DNA of 64,000 bases, from positions 41,726,001 through 41,790,000 of the forward strand of contig OZ024746.1 of the NCBI GenBank assembly GCA_964016885.1. Direction: 5' to 3'. This document shows, piece by piece, positions 13,556 through 29,724 of the stretch (position 1 is its first letter; the number at the start of each line of letters is the position of its first letter). The position numbers were made by a program, and so were the translations under genes. Below the pieces are notes generated by a model. That model searched no databases, was not told the DNA's origin, and worked only from the letters and a program-made list of their open reading frames with translations. Origin of the DNA: Eledone cirrhosa. Lineage: Eukaryota.

Positions 13556-15381
13556 CTCTAAATAAAATTTCTCATAATTGTAAAAAAAAAATTTGTATAA
13601 TGCTTCTGGCTTAGAAAAGAAACAAATCAATAAAAAGGAGACAGAAGGAAGAAAAGATTGATAAAACATCTATACTCATTAGAAAAGGGAATGCTGGTGG
13701 TGTCCTCCTAAACTTTTTGAGGCATATCAAGCCATAGGATTGGTGTAGGTGATAGCATTGCTAAGGTGCTGAAATCACCATGCATTCTTATAAGCATCAC
13801 CTGATATTTCAGTAAGACAAACTGCCAGTGATGATAAAAACAAATTATTATAGAAAGATTAAACTCTCTACATAATTAATACTGAACCGAGGTGATTTAG
13901 TTTCCCTTTCAGAGCCATTCATTTTTAGTATATAGGTACTGACTTTTTCATTTTCATCTTTGAGACTCTCTCACCTAAATATTAAATTACACCTAAGATC
14001 AAAACACCCATATGATAAGAAAATCCATTATTATAAACTTCTAATATTTTGCTATCAATTCAGCTGTGCTCTCTCTGTAATTATTCTACTGAGTTACAAC
14101 ACAACTTTGTCTTTTCTGATTTTGCTTACACAAACTGTTTTCTGTCTTAAACTCTCCACACCACAGTTTTCTATTTTCTCTCTTTCTAAATACCACTTAA
14201 AGCATTTTGCACAGTTCTCTCTCCACTGAACTGGAACTTAACTGCTTTGGCATGTGTTTTCATTAATTATTATACTTTAACCCTTACAACACAAAATCAA
14301 TGTCACTGACCTCAACTATCACACTCTTTCTCTCGGTTTATTCATGCAGGTGATAACCACTGTTCCTCTTCTCTGGAGTATAAAATTAAACAAAACTTGC
14401 TTAGATGAAAATACAGGAAAAAAGAGTGCTGTTATACTTTTTAAACAATTCCTTTAGGAGCTTCTAATGGTTAGAGGGGTTATTTCAGAAATTACTTCTG
14501 AATACCACTACCATTACCATCACTTGTGAAATAATTTTCTACTGAACTTGATCACTTGTTGGCATGCAATTATATCTTTATATCTAAAATTTACATGTAC
14601 ATAACATTATGGACAATGTAATGTATTAGTTCCCTTTTCATAAGATGAAAATTCTTATATATTTGTGGCCAACTATTTATTAGTCAGAAATATTTTAGAG
14701 TTTTTTTTTTAACCTTAGCTATGTTATTGTTTTTAATCAACTCTTACAAAGCAATTTTTTGAATATTTCTAATCAATAAAAACAAAATAAGCTACAACTT
14801 TTGTATTGAATTTCATTGTATTTTATTGCCTTCCTTCTTTTTCTGTGTTATAGTACCACCAACCCAACAGTTGTTCAGTTATTTACGATAAATGAATTTT
14901 TTCTTTCATATTTTGGCTGTGCTGATTACTAATATTTTTTTTCAGGCATGACTGCTCTGGTAGAATGTGTTAATAAATTAGAATTTCAGACATGAAAGTA
15001 AATCTTCAGTCTGCCTGAAGATACTGGACTAAATTGAAGCAAAAGCAATATATATCATATGAGACTTCATCCCCATGGATCTTCTCAAGCTCATCTTTAT
15101 ACTATTACAAGGCATTTGGGAAATCTATCTGATGAATAGCACTTAAGTGTTGCTAGTGTTATTGACTTGATGACAGGGCTAATATCTTAAAAACAGGGGA
15201 TATATAAGGCATCATCCCCATTCTTTTTAATCAGATATTCCAAAATAATCTTGCTGAAACAGCTACCTATAAAAGTTCATCTGGAAGAGCTAGCTAAGAG
15301 ATTATGGTAACAATGACAATAGCTAGCTATGATTGCCATAGCTTTACTGGCAAAATATACATCTAGTCACCATTATTACTC

Positions 15382-15570
15382 GGTGGATTGGCAGTATCGG
15401 TAGAGGGTCGGACGCCATGCCTTGATGCATAGAGTTACGGCCCTTGCCATTCTGAGTTCAAATCCCGCCGAGGTTAACTTTACCTTTCATCCTTACGGGG
15501 TCGATAAAATAAAGTACCAGTAATGCACTGGGTAATTGGTGGCCTTGTGCCAAAAGTAGAAACAATTATT
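15382..15570 (+). mobile_element. tRNA-derived SINE S1
   Basis: Full S1 sequence with A/B boxes. Confidence 0.9.
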
Positions 15571-17354
15571 ACTATATAATTTCATCTAACATCTGATTTT
15601 CAAATTTAGCTTATGTTTGGTAGGTTTGCAAAAAATATATTTATAACCAACCACAACATATTTATATTGCATGACAAAAGAAACTAATCCCTTTGATTAG
15701 TTTGACTTATTTCAAAAGATTTCTTAGCTACAAGTCTACCCTTGTGGAGCAGACCTATTGTTAAAGATATTCTAGAAATGGCCATCTTATCTTTTTCATG
15801 CTCTGTGCAGGTATGATTGTGTTTAAAATGTTATTTTTTGCAGTCACATGATTCTGGTTTGATCCACCTACATTGAATCTTTGGAAAGTGTGTTCAATTA
15901 AAGACTCAAGTTGTCTAATATTGTGAAAGAGGATTTCATTATATATATGAATGTATGTGTATATCATTCAAGAATTTATAACACTGACTGATGTAGAGAA
16001 CAGAAAAAAAAAAAGAAAGTGAAAAGCTGCCACTTTTCTAGCAAAGTTCTTTGCAATATTTGTTCTGCAGTTGGTTAAAGTGACTCCTTTGTCACTTTTT
16101 CCAGAAATACAGTAAGCCAGTGATTAGCGCATTGAAAACTCCAAATCAATGATGCCATTGTTCCACAATTGCAATGTGAAATAGATGAACAAATTGCCTC
16201 CTGTGTTCTGTTTGTTCATTTTCAACTATATATATATATATATGAGCTGGCCCATCTAGAACCAACAACCCTAATCACTGGTCCCTCGTATCACAAACAT
16301 TTTGAAGTTGTTTGTTTAAATATTCTATACCATCTGATGAGATTAAGTAGGAATAGCACTATCTTGTCGATCCCCAGTGAAATATATATCATGAATATAT
16401 AAATCAAATTACACACAACTGCATATGACCTTTCATGTATTTAATATTCTATAATACTCCAGCTTGCACTATTTATCATTGAGCACCACATTTTATATCT
16501 GCATCACCTCTGACTGACTAGAGTATGGATTGCTCAACCCTGGTAGGGTAACTCCCTATTAAGATGATATATGTATGTATGTATATTTTTGTGTGTGTAG
16601 ATGTTTTTTTATGAAAGATTACCAGTTGACCATGTTTGCAAATTACCCCTCTCCATACCATTGATAATTGGTAAGGGCTGATACAGCTTGTTAATAATAT
16701 AATCTTTAGTGATTGTTTCAGAACACACAAAACTGGAACAATTACGACTAAGCATCTTGTCTGGTGCTTTGGTGCTTTAAAATTTCCAACAATCCACCCA
16801 AATGGAGTAATATTTTATTTATACTGAATGTATGAAAGGCAAATTAGACCATGGTCAGACTATAGAAGGATTGATCACTAAAAAAATTAGCACATGCTTA
16901 GCACATCTAAGAATGTGGAGCACCATATTTCTGAATTAAATGTCTGTATGAATAAAAAGACAAAAATTGCTGAGTATATATGTAAGGGGCACAATAATCT
17001 TTTACGTGTTTAGGGCCTCAGAAGGATTTAATCAAGCGATGGGTAGGACAAATATATCAAAGTATATCAAGGTATTCTACCAAATGGCAATTCATGTCTG
17101 CCAATTTACCAGATATGCCATCCCAGCCCACACAATTATACATAAATTCAGATATACATGTGTTGGAAGTAATACACTTCAATGTCTATTTTGAGACTTG
17201 AAAATCACAAAAGAGCTTCAAATATAAATAAAAAAAATGTGTGTAAGTATGTATATATATAATAGATATATATGTGTATGTATAGATATATATGTGTATG
17301 TATGTGTGTGTATGTATGTGTATATATATATATATATATAAATATATATCTATC

Positions 17355-17388
<34 letters not shown>

Positions 17389-17403
17389 TTTACATACTCA
17401 GTG

Positions 17404-17458
<55 letters not shown>

Positions 17459-17851
17459 CTATTTATGACAGTAACATAGATAGGCTATTAGTGAAATTCT
17501 CTGCTGTCCAGCTGTCATCAATAGCCTTCATAGAGCAGATAGAATGAATTCAAGGGAAAATACTTCAAATACATCTGCTAAACGTTTTTCTGAAAGGTGC
17601 AATTAAATTTCATATACTTGCCTAAAAGCAATAAGCACCTTCGTGAGAAAATGCTGTACAATGTTTCAGTCGACCAGCTAATTTACTTTCAACACATACA
17701 TATATGTACACACAAATATACACACATACACCCATATACATAATTATAACTATTATTATGGGATTCTGTCTCAGTTCATAAGGGTTTGCATACAAAAAAA
17801 AAAAAAGTTAAACTGAAAATGGCGATGGTGATGATAATCATATATATATAT

Positions 17852-18396
17852 ACCTTTGGCGGTACGCAGTAATAGAGAAGACCCGCCTTACCTAAATACA
17901 AAGTAAAACCTACTACAGTCAGTAGGCATCTCTAACAAAATACTCCCCCCGTCCCACCACCCCCACCCCATCCACACCGCCCCTTTCAATGTAAAGTTAT
18001 GTTGGTGCCACAACATCCAGGCCGAAACAAAGGAGACCGTGTAGGTGTCACGACAAAAAAACACACAGTCCACGCTGTAATGTGGCCGTGTAGGCAACAC
18101 GGTAAAAACCTCCCAGCCCCACACTGTAAATATGGTTGGTGTTAGGAAGGGCATCCAGCTGTAGAAAACCCGTCAGACAGTCCACGCTGTAATGTGGCCG
18201 TGTAGGCAACACGGTAAAAACCTCCCAGCCCCACACTGTAAATGTGGTTGGTGTTAGGAAGGGCATCCAGCTGTAGAAAACCCGCCATACAGTCCTATGC
18301 GAGCAAGACAACCACTCTTGCCTCAAGTGGGAAAACTCCCATCGAAACCCATGCAAGCGTGGAACATGGACGTTAAACGATGATGATGATGAGGAT
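17852..18396 (+). mobile_element. 5'-truncated RTE LINE copy (duplicated 3' UTR unit)
   Basis: Matches about 50771-51336, including the ~112-bp internal duplication and (GAT)n tail. Confidence 0.95.
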
Positions 18397-18659
18397 GTAT
18401 GGTCGTCAAGTATGGAATTTGTAAAAAAAACAAATTTCTACAAATTTCATACTTGATAATATATATATATATATAAATGGAAAAAATGAAACGAAATTTC
18501 ATTTCTCACTCTTAGTATGGCTGTTACTTATACATACAGCTGTTACTTATACATACTACTGTACGTCTGTTATATATACATACTACTGTACGTCTGTATA
18601 CATATATGTATGTACGTATACATACTTATATATATATATATATAATCATTATTTAATAT

Positions 18660-18735
18660 AGAAATGGCTTCTACAGGACTAGAACTGTTTTATTTGTATG
18701 AAATCATCAGGAATTCCATGATGATTTCATATATA
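18660..18735 (-). mobile_element. Degenerate PLE-terminus remnant with mutated hammerhead (family B)
   Basis: Minus strand ATTC-CTGATGA-TTTCATACAAAT-AAAA-CAGTTCTAGTCCTG-TA-GAAG, homologous to 53570-53620 but with GAAA changed to AAAA; short inverted copy at 18719-18735. Confidence 0.65.
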
Positions 18736-19033
18736 TATTTGAAATGTGTGGTTCCCATAATAATAGTCAATCGCAATAAATGAGGAAAATGTGTGTGTGT
18801 GATATACATGTAATGTCAAGGGTTTTTATTGATTGGATGAAGGAAAAAGGGCACTCTGTGTTATCTACAGAGTTGAAATATTAATGTTACTGAACACAGT
18901 TGTGTGTTACTTGTATATGTCATATAGTTATCTTTTGGTCTCCCTAGACTGACCATAAGATAACTTCATGGCCAATACAGTTGCAGGCTTTGAAACCATA
19001 GGTAGCATGCAACTGTGTTGATTACCATTAATA

Positions 19034-20460
19034 TCATCATCATCATCAGCGTTTAACGTCCATTTTCCATACTAGCTTGGGTTAGACGTGTTGTCCCATT
19101 TGAGGCAAGTTGGGTCAGGTGACAGTGTCTTACTCGTATAGAACTGTTTCTGACTAGGTAGGTTTCTATTGCTGGACACCCTGCCTAACACCAACCACAT
19201 TTACAGTGTGTGCTCCTACATGACCACATTACAGTGTGTGCTGGGTACTTTTTATTGTGCCACCTACATGACCACTTTACAATGTGGGCCAGGTGCTCTT
19301 TATCATGACACCTACACAACCACTTTAGTGTGGGCTGGATAGGTTTTGTTCACAATGTACTGGTGGGTGGGGATATGGTGGTTAAGAGGTACCTACTAGA
19401 TATATGTTTGAGTCTGTGCGCATGGGAAGGCATATCTTCTGAATTATTGCATAACGCCAAAGATCTCAATCTTGTGTTATTGTCTTTGAGAGGTTCAGTT
19501 GCGCAAAGTCAGCTTTAATCACCTCATCTCAGGTCTTCCTACTCCATAGCTTCCATCAATTTTTATTGCTCTGCATCTTTTTACACACCTGTCGTCCTTC
19601 ACACACATCACATGACCATACCAATGCAATCTTCTCTTTAGCATACTCTATCTGATCCCTCTTGTACCTAATTTCTCTCTTAGTTCATTTACACTTTGCT
19701 GTTCATGTATATTACTATTACACATCCATTGGAGTATGCATGCTTCATTTCTTTCCAGTCTTCCTTCGCAGGTTGTCTGCACACAGTGCCCAGGTCTTAC
19801 TAACATGTAACATTGCTGTTCGTATACATGCATCATACAATCTGCCATTCATTTTAAGGGAAAAACTTTTTGTATTTTGTAGCTAGTAGTGGTAGTAGCT
19901 CCCTGAACTTTCTCCATTCCGTTCTTACTCTAGCTAATGTACTTTGGGAACACCCTCCTCCACTGCTGATTTCATCACCCAGGTAACGGAAAGTTGACTA
20001 GTTCTAAAATACCACCTGGGCATTTGAAGGAGCAAGTATCCTATGGGCAATTGCTACTTACTGTGCCTGAGCATTGCCTGCATATAAAACCTACGTTCTT
20101 TGATAGCCTGCCTGTGATCGCACTATATCTCTTATGTAACTATAGCTTGCATTTGGGACATAGAATGGAATTTCTACCTACTCATTTCCTGCACACTGAT
20201 CAAGGCCATTTCCCAGGTAGGATCTGAACCCTGTTTTCATTTCTACATACTAGAATTTTAGTCTATGACAACTTAGTTTTGAGACCTTTTGATTCTAGGC
20301 CATACTTCCAGGTTTGGAATTTCTTCTCTAATTCTGCCATAGTCAGATCGTCTGCATACAGAAGTTCCCAAGGGTAGCCAGTCTTAAACTCTTGTTATAT
20401 CCTGTAGGGCTATAACAGGAGAGGGCTAAGGATGGAGTCCTGATAAAAACCTACCTCTAT
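19034..20460 (-). pseudogene. Older diverged RTE LINE copy (RT C-terminal half and 3' UTR)
   Basis: Minus-strand remnants of GYPWELLYADDL, the Cys-rich finger, FRYLGDEISSGGG and LERNEACILQWMCN with stops and frameshifts; (ATC)n tail at ~19034. Confidence 0.9.
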
Positions 20461-20630
20461 GCGTATAATAAAAAGATGTACGAATAAAACTCTGTTATTC
20501 ATGATATTGAAACTCCAGTTGATACCTTACTGAGAAAATCGTAGAGGAATACAAAACATAGAGTGCTTTACGTCTGTTTACAAAAATGTCAGCAGATTAT
20601 ATGATCAACCAACTTTCATCAATTGAATAG

Positions 20631-20722
<92 letters not shown>

Positions 20723-22267
20723 TATCAAAGAAAATTCAATCTTCTTTCATCAAATAATTGTTTTTAATCTCTTTCAAATTTTTCAGATGAACTGTGACCT
20801 AAAAAAAAAAAAATATATATATATATATACATATATATCACACTAACAATGTATGAGGAAAATTACTTTTTATTCTGTTATATCATTCTACAAACGTTTA
20901 AGTACTTCATTGAATTCCTCACGTGCACGTATGTAATTATAAAGTCTAAATTGCATAACCTTTCATGTGTAAAATGTTTGTCGCAGCACATTTTTCTGAA
21001 TTTACACTTGTAAAACTTAATGGCAGATCAGCTTGAACAACTGTTATTTACACATATATAGACTAAAGAAGTACACAAATGGCTAGACAAAAATGTAATA
21101 TACATAAAGAATTTAAAAAATATAAAGTAAATACCACACACAATATATAAAAACATATCACACACAAAAAAAAAAAAATATTAGGACAAGATTGTTACTA
21201 AAAATGGAAGTCAATGATTGAAAGAGAAGTGTGGGAACTACACTTGATTGAGGTATAGTAAATAAATGAGAGGAATTATCTGGTGGCAGGACTGATAGGG
21301 AAATAGGCCTAAATAAGCTTTGATTAGTTACTTCCTCTGCCATTCTTGTTAATGAGTTTGCTTGTTTTATGTTTAGTTTTATGGCTTAAAAGTTATTGTT
21401 TTAGCTTTTAATTTGTGTTTTTACTCATTTTATAGCTATCCATACCCATTGGGGCATCTTGGAGTTTGGTTTTTATAATTTTATGTGAGATTATTGTCTT
21501 TTTCAGGAATCTCCTGTACTTATCTTGTATTTATTTCGTTTATATGCTTCTATTTTTATGGGTAGTAGTGCTAATATTTTCTTTGTAAGATATAATTTGA
21601 TTGTTATTGTCTAATCCAACAACCTTCATTTTGTCAAGTCCTCCACCCCACAAAATTAATCTTGAAAAATGTTCACTGTTTTAGTGCATTCCCAAGTGAT
21701 TATACTAGTTAATTTAATATTGAAAAGACATTAATATAATGATAAAGGTAAATAAATAAATAATTCTGTATGCATAGGATAAAAGAATAGAAATGTAAAT
21801 ATGTGAAAAATAAATAGTTAATTATTATCAATGATATTTAAGTAATGTTTCATACTACTTATAGTAAAGGTTAAAACAATTCAAAATCATTATACAGAAT
21901 TTTATGAATAAGTTAGATATTTTATATAAACAATTGATTACCATATATACTTGTATATAAGGTGAAAAATATGTGACTAAAAAGTATTGTAAAAAATGGT
22001 GACACATAATGCTGGAGAAGACTTAAACATTAGAGCAAGTATGGTAGAATGTTAAATAGTGGTGGTGGAGGAGGTTAAGATATGTAATATATCTACATTG
22101 AGTCTCTTACTCACCATATTCCTGTTGGTATCCACTCATCTATGAGAATACTCACCCTACTCTTTTGTTTACTATTCCAAGCTACTTGCTTAATGTGGAA
22201 TAGCTCTATGAACATTATAAGTCCCAGGTTGCCAGATCAATTCCATAAAAAAGCATAACATTTAAAA

Positions 22268-22650
22268 TATGTATTGGATTGTGGTAGAATGTAGCCTAAA
22301 ATGAAAATATTGTTAGTAAATTATAAATATATATAGAGAGAGTTTGCCTACAGATGGGTTCTAATTTACTTAATTGAAAATTTAATGTGATATTTGATAT
22401 GATTCTTACCTTTGAAATTTAAAATTTTAATATGTCAAAAATTTTATTTTCTTCTTCAGTAATTTCTTGATTTGAGTCTGCCGCATGGCTTCACTGGAGT
22501 TAAAATCATAGCAGCAAATATTTTGTTCTCTAAGTTTCATTTTTAATCTTAAAATTGACAGTTCAACTGCATTCTGTTTCTTTAGTTTTAGTGGAGGTTA
22601 CACTTGAAAATACTCCTTTAGTCATTACTGAGGGTTATCATGCTGTCAAC
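22268..22650 (-). mobile_element. hAT transposon 3' fragment, paralog of 33905-34430
   Basis: High similarity to 33905-34430 (GAGAGTTTGCCTACA.ATGGGTTCTAATTTACTTAATTGAAAATTTAATGTGATATTT...GGCTTCAC...CATGCTGTCAACA). Confidence 0.7.
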
Positions 22651-24861
22651 AGTCCCTTTGCCATCATGAGTTATTACTTCACATCACCTCTCTATCATTC
22701 TATCTCTCCTGCATAATACAGGGGTAATAAGGGATGACATCGAATCTTTCCATATTCAATACTTGTTTACTCCTAGTCAGTAGCCTCTCTTTCCTATGTA
22801 ACTCTTCATTGCAATCTAGCATCATCAATTACCATTGTATATAGAGTAGAGAGGACAAGACCACCTTCCTTGTGCTGGTGCTATGATAAAATTCACCCAT
22901 TACACTCTGTAAAGTAGTGGGTGATTGGCGGCAACATGGGATAGAGAGGACTCTTTAGTCTTGTCAAAGACATGACAATTTCTCTACTGCTGGTGCCATG
23001 ATAAAATGCACCCAGTTCACTTTGTAAAGTAGTTGATGCTAAGAAGGGCATCCAGCTGTAGAATTCATGTCAAAAATGGAGAGTACAAGCAAGATATAGT
23101 CCTTTCATTTGATGAGGAGGGTAGTACCTAAAAAAAAAAATAAAAAAATCAGACAGTGACAACCCATGCCATAATAGAAAACATGTAAAATGATGATGGA
23201 GATACACACACTATGTATTTTATATGTGTCTGTATATATTTATGTGTGTATAATATACATCCACACTTACACACAGTTTTCCATTAACTGAGTAAATTAT
23301 AAAATAAAGTAAGTATTAGAATAGCGTGCTATAATCAAGGAAGCTATAAAAATAATTTTCTCACTTATAAAAATAGATCAGGGGAAGAAGGAATGAAAAC
23401 AAAATCAGATAATTGTTAAATTTTATTTATTTCATGTGTTATATTTGTGTTATGTATGTTTGTTTTATTGTTGTTATTAATATTATTATTATTATCATCA
23501 TCATCCTGAATGTTTCCATTTTACAATGAAAAAAAAAATCAAGAAAAAAATGTAGAAAAAAAAACAGAAACAAAATAATAATCTAATTTGCATATTCCTT
23601 ACATTAATGATTTATATATGATATTGATTTATTGTATTTGGCTGTCGGATATTATTTGAAGAATATTCAAAGATGTGGCAAGTGTGGTGTGAGAATCGAT
23701 AAGGAATGCTTTACTGTTTGAAGAATTGCGTACGAAGGGAGGTAGGTAAAATAAGGAGTGTTTGCTTTCCTAAGAACTGTTAATTGTTGCAATTTTTCAA
23801 TGCTGTCATGTTCTACATTTTTATTTATTTACTACTACTACTGCTGCTGCTGCTGCTACTACTACTCTTGAAAACACTCTTCTCTTTCTTGAGTATATGT
23901 CTTCTCATGTGCAACACAGTTTGATACATACCTACTTGCTACATCATTCATATATAGACGCATACATGTATGCATAACAATATATACATAACCATATATG
24001 CTTGTTTTAATGCATTTTTCAACTTTTTGCAAGTACTTTTCTGATCAGCTTCAAACCTTTTGCAAAGTTTAATTGCAACCAATGTTGCAGTACATATCTA
24101 GAACAGTGCCTGCTTTTGTACACACAAACACTGTAGAATACAACCAAAAGAACACCAATTGGCTGATTGTCAATGATTTATTTACCAACACACTGCAACT
24201 GGCATCTTGTGGCTTCTCTTTGCTTATCTATCCTTGCTGCTGTTCCTCCTCCAACTTAATATTTTTTATACAAAGTCTGCCCTATCTCATGTGATATACT
24301 CACCTTTCCTTCACTTGTCATTCATACAGTTTTTTCTTACACTATCAGATTCTGTACTAAACAGCCCAAATATTCTTCCCCAGTGCTCAAGTTCTAGGAA
24401 ATTCACTGAATCCTCAATTATGCTTTTATTTCTGATATTAACCTACTGAGGTTCAAACAGAACCACAGTCACACCCATCTTGCCAGTCTGTGAGGGCCTA
24501 CAGAGGTCATACTTATTTCTCCACCCTTTCTCATGAATTAGTATTTGAAAAATGCTGTCTGTGAATATTTTCCACCAAGTTGGCATAAAGCAATTAAGGC
24601 CCTGTTACTTCCATCAAGAATAATATACAATCCTTCTTAAAAGATTCAATAATCTGTATAATAAACCTTCTATCCCAGTAGAAAACCATAAAAGGACTTG
24701 TATGTGGTTGTTTAAGCTGGTAGGTATCACATTCAACTTCCCTAAAATCACACCATATCATCTTAAACAAGGAAAATAGTCACAAATATCTTTCTGAAGT
24801 ACAGGATTATCATAACTGTATTGCTTCTGATGATCAGAAGTAATCTGGAGCTAAAAATTAA

Positions 24862-25030
24862 ATGGATGGCTCTCTGGTTAAGAAGTTTGCTTTGCAACCA
24901 TGTGTTTTGGGGTTGTATCCCATCATATGGTACCCTAGTCAACTATCTTCTATTATAGCCTTACGTAGACCAGTGCTTTGTTAGTGGATTTGGTAAATAT
25001 AAATTGCATGGAAGCCTACCACATATATGC
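24862..25030 (+). mobile_element. Old SINE S2 (CORE-like)
   Basis: tRNA-like head TGGCTCTCTGGTTAAG and S2 body ending GTGGATTTGGTA...GAAGCC. Confidence 0.55.
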
Positions 25031-25088
25031 ATGTGTGTGTTGGTATCCATATCTTTGCTCTGCATATTACAAGGCTTGCAGTGCAGTG

Positions 25089-25325
25089 AAGGCACGTGGC
25101 CTAGTGGCAAGAGTGTTGGACTTACGATAAAAATGTCATGGGTTAGATTCCTGGGCTTGGTTGCGTGGTGTGTTCTTGAGCAAAATATTTAATTTCATCT
25201 TACGCCAGTATAAGAAGCTGAAAAAGGAGTGCCAGCAATAGCTGGGAGTTTAACCCTGCGATGGATTGGCATCCTGTCCAGTGGGGTGTCTTATACTCTC
25301 ACTTGCTTTACGCCATGAAACTGGG
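25089..25325 (+). mobile_element. tRNA-derived SINE, family S3, MetaSINE-like central domain
   Basis: A-box TGGCCTAGTGG, degenerate B-box GGTTAGATTCC, and AACCCTGCGATGGATTGGCATCCTGTCCAG...GAAACTGGG, which resembles my recollection of the Meta domain. Confidence 0.6.
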
Positions 25326-27339
25326 ATTAGCACCAGCTCAACGTGCTGCTTGCATTGTATAAGGACATGCATGCATACATGCACTTGCAGTGACATTTGT
25401 TTTTATGTCTCACATAAACAATATATCCCATGGATCAGTGATTCAATGTGTAAATATTGCCCTACTTAAATACAAGTAAAGGATGGTATCAAGCAAGGCA
25501 TAGAATACTACCTCAGAATGTCTCATCCAACCCATGTCAGCATAGAAAAAACAACAACATAAAAATGATAATGATGATAAACAATAAAACAATAAGAAAA
25601 ACAACTTCCTGTTCCATATATTTATTTACACGAATATACACAAATGAATACAATTTTACATATTCTGCAAATATCGTAAAAAAAATCAATTGTGTGAGTT
25701 ATGTGTGTGGTGCGTGTGTGCTTATGCTGTGTGTGTGTGTGTGTATCTGCTAGACACCAAAATGAGATAGGTAGTAAAAGGTAGTGAAAGAAAGAGGCAG
25801 CTAAAATACGACAGTAAGTAAAACTACTTTCACTGTTCTGTAGTTAGACTATGATTGTACAACAATATCTTTTTATCAAGCAGTTTTCAATACAATACAT
25901 AATGTGAGTTATGCAGTAAAGGTTTTCTGGTCTTTTAAAAAGGATGAGCAACTGTTCTTTTATTTGTTTATTGGTTTTAGTGTTTGGACTGCAGCCTTGT
26001 TGGGACACCACTTTGAAAGGTTTAGTTGATCAAATCACTCCCAGAACTTCTTTTTAAATCCAATATTTATTTTATTGCCCTCTCTTGGCTGAACTGCTCC
26101 ATTATTGGACATAAACAAATAACACCATTTTTTTTAGCAGTGTCAATGTACCGACAAGCATGGCGACACACACACATATTTCGTTGATATAAAATCATCA
26201 AAACATTCTTGATGATTTCACACAAATGAAGCAGTTTTAGTCCCGTAGAAGTCATTACTATATAAAAATAACTATACTCTACCAACGTATTGAGTAACTT
26301 TTCAACTGTGGTTACCCACCCACTCCAACACAACATATAAATATATATATCCATTTTATTAAGGCTAAATAGTGAGTCTTGTTACTCTGGAGTTTTGCAG
26401 CCGAAAACACTGCAGCTTCCATCCACTGAGATTTCTTGGCACTTTTGCACCCAGATCATCATCCATACACATCGCATTTCCATACCAGAGCAGTCCTCTC
26501 TTGCACACTACATCTGATTCCTCATATACTGATTTTCTCTTTCAGTTCATCCGTTTACGAACATCCATTGAAGCATGCTTGAGTCATATCTCTCCAGTAA
26601 TTGCATATCCTCTGCAGTCATTGCCCATGTCTTACTCCCATGCAGCCTCATACTTTGCACCCAAGCATCATACAGCCAACCTTTGTTGTCAACAAAGGTA
26701 GTAGTTCCCCACATCAAATATACTGCTTTAGGTAAAAGTCAGATATCATTATAAATCATATAATGCGCATATGATATTAGCATCTCATAAATCTATCCAT
26801 CTAATCCCGTGTCATATGCTTGTCTCAAATATAGGTAAGTTTATATACTGTGTTAGCGGAGATGTATTTTGGCATGGCCACTTATTTCTGTTTCTCTTTC
26901 CATTTATTTGTAACAACAGCACTACCCAAAACACTGGAATTCAGGTCTTTTCTCCTGCAAATACAAATTATTCATACAAATTATGCAACATTTCTGTACT
27001 GGTTTTTTTAAAATGCAAATCACAAATTATTCCTTTAGATTTTGCATTTTATTTATTTGCTGTTGTTGTTTAGTCCCAGGATGGTCATAATTAAACAGAA
27101 CTATAATCAAAAGTATTCCAGCCGTGACAATTTTCTCTTTTTGTATATACAGAACTATGTTGTCCAGTTTATCCTGCCACTTTTAAGATAGTGGGGAGTG
27201 ATTTGAGGGAAATTTAGCTGCTATTTCTATATAAGAGCTTTCTCATTGGCTCAAGTTCTTACTGTCATATATGGGGCTTTATTCAACCAACAATAGCCCT
27301 TCCCTAGAAACAAATATACATAAATTGGTTATCTCTGCA

Positions 27340-27810
27340 TATCATCATCATCATTTAACGCCCATTTTTTCCATGCTGGCATGGACTAGACGAGTTGTTC
27401 TGATGTGAGCAATGACTGATCAAGTGACCATGTCTTACTCATACAGAGCTGTTTCTGGCTTGGGTTCTACAGCTGGATGTCCTTCCTAGTGCCAACCTCA
27501 TTTACACTGAGCACTGGGTGCTTTTTGTCATGACACCTACATGACCACTTTACAGTGTGGACTGGGTACTTTTTGTCATGCCACTTACACAACTCCTTTA
27601 CAATGTGTGCTGGGCACTTTTTGGCATGTCACCATCCTAACCAGTTTATAGTGTGGACTGGGCACTTTTTGTTGTGTCACCATCACAACCACTTTATAGT
27701 GTGGGCTGGGTGCTTTTTGTCATGTCACCATCATGTTGTGTTGCCATCACAACGACTTTACAATGTGGGCTGCGCGCTTTTTGTCGTGTTGCCACCATGA
27801 CCCCTTTACA
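27340..27810 (-). mobile_element. Old RTE-type 3' UTR with ~40-bp internal tandem units
   Basis: (ATC)n tail, CCATGCTGGCATGG hairpin, CTACAGCTGGATG..CTTCCTA motif, about seven CCACTTTACAGTGTGG.CTGGG units; similar decayed copies near 4960-5230, 8885-9120 and 37740-38110. Confidence 0.75.
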
Positions 27811-28632
27811 GTTAAACACAACAATGATGGAACATATCCAGCTTGTACTGCCTAAACAATCTCCACTAGTCTATCTTATACTTTAAAACAACAATATTAA
27901 ATTTGGAATTTATTTGACAAAGAAATCCATCTAAATTTAATTCCTTTCCCTCCAGCAACTATTTATTTATTAAAATGGTTGTCTCATATAGCAATATTTG
28001 ACATTGTGACTAAATTTCATTTTAATATTTTATCAAATTTCAATTGTTTTTAATCTTTTTTATATATTTCTTTACATTTTTGTAATTGATTTCCCCCACC
28101 CCCCAAAAAATAACATAGATGGTATATTTTCTTTCATTATTTTGAAAATTTGGATATCTATTTATCAATGTTTGAAAGAAAGTGTTTTCACAGCCTGGAA
28201 AGTTTTTATAACACTAACCAACAGAGAATGACTATAGTAACTGTTTTCAACTCAATGATTCAAAAAATTTTTCAGTTCATCTTTTCCTCAGTTCTGTAAC
28301 TCATCTCCATTGCTTTCTACCAAATTCAGAGGAATGGGATAATTCAACGTTCTCCTTCTAAGAAAAACTTCACTTATTTTTGATATCCTCATCTGTTCCA
28401 TAAAATGTTTTGTGCATGCAATGCTAGCCAATAAACTTTTGCCACTGGTCCCTAACAATGCCAAGATCAGCAGTTTGACTAGATCTAATAATGCATTTAG
28501 CTAAATCATTATCTATCTGATGATATATATATATATCATCATCATCATTTTATGTCCATTCTTCCATGCTAGCATGGATTAGACGGGTTATATATATATT
28601 TTAATCACAAACAAACAAGCAATATATATATA

Positions 28633-29616
<984 letters not shown>

Positions 29617-29724
29617 AATACATCTACCAACATATGCGTACAGATGTACACTAATACTAGTAAATATATAAGTTATGTCAAAGTACCTAGGTGGTTCAAT
29701 GCAGAGGGATGCAGAACAATTATA

